Shown piece after piece: positions 12,646 through 23,699 of a DNA stretch of 64,000 bases. The stretch comes from Takakia lepidozioides (taxonomy: Eukaryota; Plantae; Bryophyta): assembly GCA_030704615.1 (NCBI GenBank), contig CM060731.1:21576001-21640000 (forward strand), given 5' to 3'. The stretch's first letter is position 1, and each line of letters begins with the position of its first letter. Below the pieces are notes generated by a model, which saw nothing but the letters and a program-made list of their open reading frames with translations, was not told the DNA's origin and did not search any database. The position numbers and the translations under genes were made by a program.

Positions 12646-15600
12646 ATGAGCTTAGAGACGGGTCAAAGAGTGTTTCTTACTCTTCCCGGGTCTTCATCTC
12701 CAGTAGCCACTGGGGACTGCCTTAATGTCTCCGGGGTTGGGACCTGTCATGGACACCAATTATCTTCTTCAACCATTTCAGTGGTTCTTATCTCCTGTGA
12801 TGAAGCACACTCATTATGTCCTCTTCCTTATGGACATATGGATGCTGACACCTTGAAGGAGGCAATTGGGACCCCGGTGGTGTGGAATGTTTGCGAAGTT
12901 CATGCGGAGAATAACGAGTATCAAGGAGGGCCTAACATGAATCCTGATTTTATGACGGAGACAAGGGATACTGCCGAGAATTCTGACGTCGACGAGGATG
13001 AATCAAACCACAGACCATCGAAGAGTTCCGGGAATCCGAACGGAGGACTCGGAAGGAACAACTGGAGAAACTTGCAGTGCGTACTGTTGGGTGATGATGG
13101 GGGTGCACTGTTCGAGGGGAGGATTCAAGCCTGCATTCCGGACGAGGTGATCCTCAATGACAAACTGGGAGAGAACGATGTTGGAGATCTTGTCACCAAA
13201 ATACTTTCTGGAGGTTCTGGATCTTTGATGTCTCTTGTAAAATGGCATTTAACAAAAACACAACTTTTGGAAAGTGGGAGACTACTCTCAAATGATGTGG
13301 AGAATTTTATTAGATCCTCTGACAGTATCTTGTACGAAGATCACGAGGCAGGTGTGAAGAAAGCGGCTTATCGGCATTTTACGAGGAAGAAGAGGGATCG
13401 AGATTTGGAACACTCCAAAAAAAGAATGAAGAATCTTACTCTGAAGGAAGTCCGGTCCGTGAGCAGCAAACCTTGTTGCAGACTTCACTGCTGTCAATAT
13501 TTCGATTGGCGAAAAACCTTGGCTATCCGTACTTCGTTTTGGGGATCCACTTTCGATGAGAGGAGAGAACACGGACTAAATGTTTCAAAACGACTTCACA
13601 TGCTGGAAGGGACCTCTCGCAAGGCATACGTTACGATTGAGGGTGTGGATGTTTGTGAGACTGCTTGGTGGAAAATTCATGGAATTGGCAAGTCCACATA
13701 CATGGAGTACAAAAAGTTGAGTAAACAGGGTTGGTTGTCAAGTTTCCATGAGAACCGTGGAGTGAAGAGGCCACGCCCAAGGACTCTTCAAGCAAATGGT
13801 AACATTATGTCCATTATCAACGAAAATACTGACCTCATGCCCCATAAGACAAGATGCATTGGGGAGGGAAGGAGGGATACTTTGAGAGTCTTACCACCTG
13901 AAATGAACTGGAAGCGAATACGAGACGAGTCCAACGAGGTATGAAATCTCCATTCTTCAATTTCTTTCCTGGAAGTCTTTTTTTGATTCAATTTGGATGA
14001 TCCTCCCTTCGATTTTGTCTCATACGACTGTGGTTCTAGCTTCATGAACCTCCACTGTCCAGTGGACGTTACTTTCCTGACCCTGCCTTATTGTAATAGT
14101 CCAACAGACTATTCGGGTTGGATGGAGTCTCGCAGTCGGCTGTTAGCCGCATCCGGAGTTGGATTTTTTCTAACGTGGATGTTCGTAAAACTGGGAGTAC
14201 ATTTGCGAAGTGCACGGAGTGTGAGATGTTAAAGGACCTGATCAGAAAGTCTGTCAAGAGAAGTGCGGAACAGGTGACGCACAAACGAGCTCTTGATAAA
14301 CATTTGAGGCACCAAGAGTCGTGCAGAAGACTGTATCATAGCTGGAGGAATGAGTCTGTTATGATTCCGGAGGAGTTTATCTGTATTATTCACGACCAAA
14401 ATGGATCATAAGAAGACAGCTGTTCCAAGGCTACAGACTCCAAACAAGATGATTTATGGATTGGGTCAGCTTCCAGTTTCACTAACGGGAATGGTCACGC
14501 ACGGACACGGTGATGGAGCTTACGAACAATATTCTCTTGAGTTCTGGAAGGGAAATTCAAACTTTATAATTGGTTCTTTGGCCCGTTGCCTGCGCCAGCT
14601 GGAGAAGCCAACTTGTCGCGAGTCCAGGAACATTTTCGATTACCGACTTCAAAACGAGTTTTTCGAATCACTTTTAAGAGGTAAATCGAGATGTTTGGAT
14701 GTTTGGATGCTTTGAAACCCTGCAGGCCGGAAGACAAATGTGGTGCTTGTCCACTTCCGAGAAGACTGTACTTGCAAATGGACAACTCCGCGAAGGACAA
14801 TAAGAACAGATGGATGCTTGCTTTTCTATCCCTCTTGACCGCCAAAGATGTTTTTGAAGAAATCCAACTAGGGTTCCTAATGGTCGGACACACCCGTGAG
14901 GACATCGACGGGTTCTTCAGCTACCTTTCGAAGAAGCTGAAGGAACGAAGCACCTACATTCTTTCGGATTTGATGAGGTCTTTTATGACCTCGCAAGATC
15001 TGTAGTTCATTCCACAGATTATTCAGGAGGTTCCCCACTTCAAGAATTTTGTCAAGGGCTGTATTTTGGATGGAAAGGAGGCGTTGGTCAGGATTTCGGA
15101 GATGCACGTCTTCCGCTTTTTTAAGGATGTCGAGGGCTGGCCCGTCATGAAGTACAAGAAGTCCGCTACTGATTCGGATTGGCTTCCATCAAACAATAGT
15201 GTGAAGATGTGGAAGTCCAATCCTGACGGGATTTCCAAGCTTCTTGAAGGAGACCCAGACGCCGTTCCAAGGAGACCTATCTGGGGAGTTAGGGACGACT
15301 CCTCCGAAAAACAGTCATTCATTAAGAATGGAATAAAAAAATACAGGGATTTTTGGACGAAAGGAATGATGTTTGACGATCATTACAGAGGTGGAATGGA
15401 ACAATACGACCAGTACTGGGGAAACATTCTCGTCAAGCTGGATAAGCCAATTCCAGAAGCTCCCGAGCGTATTCAGCTTCTTGAGGGATTCTGGCCGGAA
15501 AACAAATTGGTCCAAGAATCATCACAGAGATGGAATCATCCACATATAGTGCCAGATGTGGAAGAAGAGGATGAAATCCTAGAACCTTACTATGGCTCGA

Positions 15601-16022
15601 GATGTGAGCAACCAAGAATATCCCTGAATCTTTTCAAGGATATTGAGAAAGGGTTCTTTGTGCTCGTTCGCCCTTATGACTTAAGTACGTGCCCGGTCTG
15701 GATGGGAGTGGCAATATCTGACGTGATCCGCGAAAGGGAGGATCCTAATTTTAAGAAGGTGAAGGTGGAGTGGTGGAGACCCAAAAAATGTGGTAACCCA
15801 ACAGACTTGGAAAGGTACAGGGATTGTTGGTCAAAACTTTGGGAGTATAACTCGACAGATCCTCCTCAATGGATCCACGTGAACAATGTTGTGTGGACAA
15901 TGCCTCCACGGAAAAATACGACAAGGAATAGCACTAAGAGAATTACTGCCGCCGAAGCAGTGAAGGCACGCGCTAATTTGGAGGAGGCTAATCGTCAGTC
16001 AGAAAGCGAGTCGTGCGAGTGA
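12646..16022 (+). pseudogene. Sola1-like DDD transposase (LQMDN..DNKN / GHTxEDID type), intron about 13940-14098, several frameshifts and stops
   Basis: Cys-rich PCCRLHCC and VC..AW..IHG; CTEC..H..HQ; IIHD.MDHKKT; LYLQMDNSAKDNKN..FLMVGHTREDIDGFFS; C-terminal FVLVRP..PVWMG..VKVEWW. Superfamily assignment is from recalled motifs. Confidence 0.7.
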
Positions 16023-19000
16023 GTTCCAGACCAAGGACATATTGTTGAGGTCAACTCTAGTACTTCGATTTAAGATATAAATTTTTTCTTCTCTATGTGG
16101 CTCTTCTTGTTTGCGTTGGGGGATCTTTTTTGCAATCTTCTTATGTCGCACTGAACCTCGAATGTCCAGTGGACGTTCTCGTCCTTTGTTTCTGGTTTGC
16201 TGGATTCTGGCCTCTTGTATGTCCTGGTCAACAAAGAATACCTTGTGGGGGAGTTTCGCCTACATAATATATAGATCACAAGAACAGATTGGGCGGGCAC
16301 GACCACTGGAGTCTTCAAATTCGGTCAAAGAGGTTTTTAACAACGGAAGAAAATAGCCTATTTCCAGTCCTTCTCTGAAACATGGACTTGCTTTTCGCAT
16401 AACCAATTCTCTCATTGAAGTCTCCCACTAAGAGGAGCCTTACTCAATCGTTGTTGACATACTTTTCAATTTGCCAGTCCTGAAGTTTTTTCTCTGAGAT
16501 TTTCCTCCATTTTCCCTCTAAGCTCTACGACTTTTCTGCACCAAATTTTCATTTCATTTCATTTCCATACTTCTCACCTTTGGCCCTGGTTTAAGAGGGA
16601 ATTTCACATGTCCTTTTCCGTTGTTCAAATTTTTATTTCTCATAGTTTTTATTTGGTGGTCTGACTTTTTATCCTCTCTCATGTTTTTTTCAGATCTATT
16701 TTCTCCCATGAGATCCAGGCGCTTCCCAAAAGTCGTTATATAACGCTATTTTCTTTCCAAATCTCATAGTGTGTATTTATTTTTTAAATTTTTTTAAATT
16801 TTTTTTTGGCAATTTAGGATTTAGGATTGACATACCTTTTTATAGTACCTTGCTTTTTTTGTTAGCATTACCCCTAACCCTTACCCTCTTTTGCAAATGG
16901 CCCATGAACTATTCATACCATAACCATGGCCATAACCATAACCATTATAGTTATTGAAATGTCTTCTCCCTTGCCATTTGCGCTAGTTTTTTCCTTTGTT
17001 TTGGATTGACATGCATTTAGGCATGTTACAGTTTGCTTTCTATGTTACATCTTAATACTAGGTCCAGGTTCTAACGACGAGTCTTTCATTTAATTACTTG
17101 TCCATAATATTAGGTTCTTCATTTTTTTTTTGCTTACTAGTACCATATTAACAACGCTAAGTTCTAGCGAAGTTTGGAGTTTTCTATAAGTGTTTGTCTA
17201 TTTTGTAACTTAAACCATTTATTTATTTATTTTTTATCCTACTAACACACACCAAGTTCTAGCGACTGTGAGTCTTCCATATTTCCAATAGTGTTCTTAA
17301 ACCCAAACCGAAAACCCTACCTTTACCATCACCCCTAAACCATTAATCTTACCATAAACCAATAACTTTAGTGTACTACCCTAGTTACACTCCAAACCAA
17401 GTTATTGTACTACCATGTTACCTCTTCTCAATGTTTCATGCTCTTTTAATATTTTCTTTTGTTGGATAAGGTATAATAGAATGATTACAGGGATATCAAA
17501 TTCCTCAACCATTTCTTAATTCTACCGAGTGTGAGTCCATCATATTTGTTTGTCTTTTTGTACCCTAAATCCAAACCCTAAACCCTTATCCTTACCGTAA
17601 ACCCAAACCTTATTACACTGCTAATGGAAGGCATCGATGAAGTTAATCCGGATCTCACTGGTGTGTACACACAACAATGATGCTTGTGTGATGTTGTCGA
17701 GCTGTGTTGGAGGCCCTAAGCCCTACCCGAGTTGAACGATTAAGCATGCTTTGATGGACTATGCGCATTGTTGGTGTCCCGTCAAACCTCCCCTTCCCAA
17801 ATCTTGTGTTGAGCTTGTCAAGACGCAGTTGTGATCTGTATTATGGAATCTGAAATGCTTTTTACATGGCACTGTATTTAATTAATATTGACACACATAC
17901 CTTGACTCGTTTTGTCTTCCACCACCAACTTTCTGAGAGCGAACCTCCATCTATGAAAGCAATATTAAGTTTTGGGCTTATGTGCTTCATCGCATTAAGT
18001 GGTGAGAGAAACAGAAACAGCACCCGTATGCATGCATGTCGGGATTCCTTTGCTGAAGTTCCGAGACTTTCGGATTGAGAGATTATCTATACTTAACCGA
18101 GGGAAGAATCTGTCGATGCCCATCACAAGATCGTTGCCACAGTTTCCAATACACGTGTGCAGAATTGAGTAAGGTCCACCTACAGACAGCGACGTAATGT
18201 ACCTCGGCAGATCAAAAGGTATATTCCTTGGAACTCAGGCATCAAGGAAACATTGTACCAACATTGGCACTTCGTCTATCTCCAGGGGAGGGGGCGCGTG
18301 TGCTACTTTCTTTCGTCTCTCCGTCGTTTTGCGTTTCAGTAGCCACCTCCCTCATTCAGTCGGCAGCTCCAGCTGTGCTGCTTCTTTTGTCTGTGTTGTA
18401 GAACTCATGCAGGGTCCCTACTGAAGTATCCTATAGCATAAAAAAACTTGACACTGTACTTGCGTGTCGCGGTAATAATCCCTTCGCCGTTGTACTGGAG
18501 GGAAAAAAAAAACCCTTTTGCAGTCTAGGAAACATAGTTATGTCACTGTGAATATTAGTGTTTTGCCAGGAGAAAAACTGGGATCTCAATCGGCGATGTG
18601 AGATCAGGTGTGGTCGATTTCTGCATGTTAGGCTGGAGATATCATCTGATTTTAATGTAGAAAGGCGGATTGTATGCAGAAATCAGAAACCATCTACGCA
18701 AGATGCCAATACTGGTCATGTGATGAGATCATGAGAAGCCTGGCCTTATGTAAGGAGTCTGTTCAGTCTCGACTCTCTATAGGGTTATTCGAGATCCTTT
18801 GCTACAATTAGATTTCCAGGAGTTGTTTTATGTATATCACTTTTAAATTTATAGCTGGAGATGTGAAACAGAAATCACAAGGAGAGATTCTAAAGACGAA
18901 CATACAGAGGGTTTACTCTTGGTTGGAGATGACCATATACATGTGCTAACGCAATAGTAACCCTCTGAGTGTGCATAGCTGATGGACTTGTAATCAAGCA

Positions 19001-19315
19001 AGTGCTAGAAATTGTAGAATAGATATTTGCTGTTATTTTCCTTTCGCTGCAATGCAGACAGAGTACACAGACCAAAGTCTTTGGTCATTTGACTAAATCG
19101 ATGGTCAAGTAGCATCCTAAAGTAGCACCATCAGTACGCACCTAGACTAAAGCCTCAGAGAACTATCAGAAAACTAACTAGAAATTTGCCAGAGGCTGTC
19201 ATTCAGAAAGTCTTAATTTCAAACAATTGCTGCTCAAGTTGGTACAACGCTAGTGTCACTACGCACACAGAAGTCCTCAAAGTGCTGGAATCTTCTTGTA
19301 AGGCTCCACCGTATT

Positions 19316-19840
19316 TTAATCGCTTGAGTCTGTATTAGTTCGCGAGTCATGGGACCTCACACTCGGACCACCGTTAAGTACGCCTCTCTGCATGTAAGAC
19401 ATTCTAATTTGCCATGTCAAGAATTGCTCGAAGAGAACAGGGTTGCAAGAGATGCGCACGCCGGGCCCCTCGTTCTCGTATCCACATTCTTCCTCGGTCT
19501 TGGCAAGCAACTCACCAATTAGTTTATTCCTGAGGAGAACAATTGGGATCACAAATCGGCGTCTCTCTGTGCCCACGTAGACCGCCACGCAGCCCTCTGG
19601 CACCCCCGGTGGGTGAGAAGCATGAGATTTTGTCACAAATTTAATGATAGAGCTGGCCCCAGGTGGGTTTAAAACAGAGGTGAAGCAGCCTCTTGGTTGG
19701 TGTGAGACATGAGAATTTGTCACACATTTGATCAGGCTTCGCTGCTTCATAGAGTTGACCCCCGGTGGATATATTGTGAAATAGCCCCTTGGCACCGCCT
19801 GTGGGTGTGAGAAACAGGATGCCCTCATCGTGTGGAGCAA
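19316..19840 (-). CDS. SAUR: SAUR (small auxin-up RNA) family protein; likely ATG at about 19828 or 19750
   Basis: Auxin_inducible core GVPEGCVAVYVGTERRRFVIP..L..LLAKTEEECGY..GVRISC..FEQFL; intronless. Confidence 0.9.
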   Translation of the reverse strand: MLHTMRASCFSHPQAVPRGYFTIYPPGVNSMKQRSLIKCVTNSHVSHQPRGCFTSVLNPPGASSIIKFVTKSHASHPPGVPEGCVAVYVGTERRRFVIPIVLLRNKLIGELLAKTEEECGYENEGPGVRISCNPVLFEQFLTWQIRMSYMQRGVLNGGPSVRSHDSRTNTDSSD

Positions 19841-19849
19841 CTGGTGAAA

Positions 19850-20040
19850 TAAATCAGACAGTCTAGAGCACGAAAGTGAAGATCAAAAAGTCTATAAGTG
19901 AAGATTAGACAGTGTAAGAGTACGCAAGTGTAGATCAGACAGTCTGTAAGAGTACGAAAGCGAAGATCATACAGTCTGTGAGAGTACCCAAGTGAAGATC
20001 AGACCGTCTAGCAAGTGATCAGAGTATGTAAGAGTAGGCA
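19850..20040. repeat. Degenerate ~31-bp tandem repeat upstream of the minus-strand SAUR
   Basis: About 5-6 units of AAGTGAAGATCAGACAGTCTGTAAGAGTACG. Confidence 0.75.
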
Positions 20041-21474
20041 AGTAACACTTGAAGAACGTTCTTCAAGTGAAGCGCGCTTATCATTATATAGTCCTAGGCT
20101 AAAAGCTTATTTCTACTTCCTTCTGTTTTAAGGTTTACTTTTTAAGCGAATACTTTTTATTTTTACTTACTTTTGGAAAAGGGGGTTACGGATCGGAGAG
20201 ATCTCCAATTTGAGATAGGGCTATATCTATCACTTTGCTTGACCGTTGGATTTTCTACGGTTGGAGATTCATGACCCATATGCTAACGCAACACTTACTC
20301 CCTGAACGTGCTTGCTGATGGACAGTACGAACATGTAATCAATCAAGTGCTCGAAATTGCAGAATCCATTCCGTGCTCAAAATCACACAAGGAAAGTCTC
20401 TCCAAATGTTAGAAAACAGACAGTCAGGAGGAAAACTAGTGAGAGAAAACGTCTTTAGCAACAACTGGTGAGTAAACGAAAAGCAAGAATTCTGCCCATT
20501 TTGGCATACTGGTGGGTCTGTTTGATGATGTATAATATCTCCCGGTCTGTGCTTATGTTCACTTTATATCGTCTCCAACAAAGGGGTGACTGCACATAGT
20601 TAGCTAAGCATTTACAGAGTCTGTACTGCCATTTCCCCGGGCTGAGAATAAGCAGATACGAGGGTGAGCTAACGACATGCGTACTCGTCGCTACTATTTG
20701 TCACAACTTTAAATCGTGAGAGGAAGGGGAGATTTAGCTTTTTTTCAAAACTTTCGTGAGGAGTTTTGGGTGCTCGAACAGAGAGCGGGAGTTCTGGGAT
20801 ACCGGCCGCAAGATCTGTGTTTGTAAAATGTTCGGGAGGATCTGGTGGTTGACTGCCTTATTACTATCATTATGCAGCGATGACAGGATGAGCCATCGTT
20901 ATCTATATGTTTCTTGTGAAAGCAACAGAGACATACTTAATTAATCTGCAAACGCCCACCAGAGTTTGGGGGGCGCCGTTGAACCTCTAAAGTAAGCAAA
21001 AACAACAAGATAATAAAAAAAATAAAGTTAGGGTGTAATTTTTAGCCTCGGGCTATTTAAACCCCACCAACCCCGCTCATTTGCGTATCTCTCTTCTGTC
21101 TGTCTCACCTCCTCACTGTCGGACTCACTCTTTGAGAGCTCTTTGAGCATTCTGCGGACGTCTAGAGCTGATCTTCACTGCTCCACAATATGTTGGCAAC
21201 ATTCTCTTTTCCGTATACAGAGTACAATATTCGAGCTCCGATCGAACCCCGTTGGTTTCGACATCCAAGAGTCAGAAGCTGGTGTCCAAGACGAAGATAG
21301 CAAACAAAGTGACCAGCTACGTGAAGCATCATTTACATGCCATAGGCTCTGGAAAGCCTAAGTTTGGCCTCCTTCCAGTCCGAAGCATCTCCCGACACCC
21401 AATTCGATCGCTCAGGTTTGCTGATTTCGACGTGTCTCCAGAGGTCGTCTAAGACCAAGAAACGTTTACTGGGC

Positions 21475-21846
21475 ATGGAACTTGGAAAGACTAACGGTTT
21501 GGGCACCCACCAGTCCCATAGACTGTCTTTGGAGTCTGGTACTGACCATATTAAATCTGTGACAAAATTTGTTTCGACACACTCACCGGGGGTGCCAAGG
21601 GGCTGCGTGGCGGTCTACGTGGGCAAAGAAAGGCGTCGATTTGTGATCCCCATTACTCTCCTGAAGCATAAATTGTTTGGTGAGTTGCTTGCAAAGACCA
21701 AGGAGGAATATGGATACGAGAACGAGCGGGGTGTGCGCATCTCTTGCGACCCTGAGTTCTTTGAGCAATTTTTGCACCGTGTCGGCAAATTGAGAAAGTA
21801 CAAATTGGCGGCCATTCCTCTGATACGGGCGCTGTTTGTGGCATAG
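21475..21846 (+). CDS. SAUR: SAUR family protein (paralog, divergent orientation)
   Basis: GVPRGCVAVYVGKERRRFVIPITLLKHKLFGELLAKTKEEYGYENERGVRISCDPEFFEQFL; first in-frame ATG at 21475. Confidence 0.9.
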   Translation: MELGKTNGLGTHQSHRLSLESGTDHIKSVTKFVSTHSPGVPRGCVAVYVGKERRRFVIPITLLKHKLFGELLAKTKEEYGYENERGVRISCDPEFFEQFLHRVGKLRKYKLAAIPLIRALFVA

Positions 21847-23699
21847 GAGGGCTCAAACCACTGGTATTACAAGCGGCCATGATGTGCCAGTGTTCACCTT
21901 TAGGATTGCGAGTACAGTATGACCTGTACATTTCTACAAGTTCATGTGCATATAGGCAACCATAGGCCTCTAATCAAGCTTGCCCCCTCGGAAGGGCACT
22001 TTAAAGATCTAGTGGCAAGTGGCAACGGTCTGCCTGCTGGCAACGTTCTGCCTACTGGCAACGGTTAAGCTTTTATTCCGAAGCTGATAGGTGTACGTAC
22101 CATTTAGAAAGCTTGACCCATTGAGTTGGAGATTGATTTTTGACCTGTATGCTTATTTATTCACTTTCCCATGTACACTTGTGATATCATTTGAAAGAAA
22201 TTCATGAGCCCAAAAAGCCATCAATTGGAAAACTTATCTTCTGACCCCTAGCTAGGCATGGATTGTCAGTTGCCGGATGATATTGTCCATAACAAATCAA
22301 GGGAAACTCTAAGTGTGAGAGTAATTGGAATCCTTAAAAGAGATCAGCATTCCACCCACCTCCCACTGTAGTGCCCAAAGCCACTTCCAAGAAAATCCAC
22401 GTGAAGTCAAAAACTCAGAAATGATGCACTAAGCATACATGTTATCATCTTTACAAGAGCTGATACAAATTTGCTGAAGTCAGGACTGCAATATCCATGA
22501 ATTGAACAAGGCATGCATACCAGGAAGAGACATCAGTAGAGACATGGCAGTAGAGACATGTTAGTCCCACTAATATGTAGAGCGATATTAAGATTTAGTG
22601 AATATTCTATTTTTTTATTTTATTTTATTTTTGGTCATTATGGGGTAGGCCCTGGTTAACTTTATTGTAATGTATTTGTGGGACAAAGCCCTTACATATT
22701 ATTTGGGATTATTCGGGGGAAAAAAATTAAAACCCCTTAGACGCCATAAGGCACACACACCGTAATCAGTGAAAGCGATAGTTGAGTCTCCAGGGTTTTG
22801 CCGAGGTCTTAAGTTTCCAGTTGACCTCACGATTGAACTATGGGGATGCTGCGGACTATTGAGCGCTTGTTTCTCCAGTGTAGGGGCGGAACACTAGAAG
22901 AAAAACGTGGAATAACCAGTGGCCCTTTAACCACTACTTTTTCCACTCTATAAACCACTAGTAACCACTTGCCAATGGCTAATCCCAATGAAATGCCACG
23001 GTGGCATCACAGACAGGAAGTGGTTTCAACCACTCAGTAGTCCACGTGTAATAAATTGTTTTTATTTATTATTATTTATTTGGTAATATATTTTAATCAA
23101 TAAATATAATATTCCACGTGGACGAGTGCAGTGGTACATTGTGAGTGGTTATAGACACCTTAGTGATGGGAAGTGGTTGAAACCACTTGCTACTCCACGT
23201 GTAATAATTCAAATTTTATTTATGATTTATGATTTGGAAATATGTATTAATTCATAAATATAATATTCCACGTGGACGGGGACAGTGCTGCATGTTGATC
23301 TTGAGTGGTTAAAGACACCTCATTGATTTGTACCACTTTGATAGTGGTGGAGAGTGGGTGGTGAAAGATACTGCAGTAATTGGAACCACTATTCTAGTGG
23401 TTGCTCATGAGTGGTTGTCTACAGACAAGTGATTGGTACCACTTTTTGGGTGATACATGAAAAATTTTAAGTGGTTTGTGGAGTTGTGACAGACTTTGAA
23501 AAACAGACAAGTGGCCAGACCATTGTGGCATGATGATATTGAACAAATGGTTCCAACAATAAACTTTATTCTGAATCTAAAACATATTCGTCACCCTCTT
23601 AATCACTTTGCTCAACTGGAATAGCGGTTGGTTGCACAAACGCCGCTTGAATGGTAGCCAACATAGCTAGGTCTTCTTTATTTAGAGCCGTGGCACCAT

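Larger units (their letters stand above)
5922..16178. repeat. Nine dispersed copies of a 26-bp palindrome, consensus GAACCTCCACTG-NN-CAGTGGAGGTTC
   Basis: Copies at 5925-5950, 8302-8333 (perfect 15-bp arms), 9431-9454, 10326-10351, 12276-12296 (partial), 12397-12420 (perfect 24-bp palindrome), 12612-12637, 14046-14071 and 16153-16178. Confidence 0.9.

Noticed and set aside
5922-16178. Palindromic repeats as a CRISPR array
   Set aside because: Spacing is irregular (0.1-2.4 kb), there are no uniform spacers or cas genes, and the context is eukaryotic and intronic.
16750-17620. AT-rich tract with AAACCCTA-like words as a telomere remnant or Helitron
   Set aside because: The words are sparse and degenerate; I could not define a terminal hairpin/CTRR end or an array.
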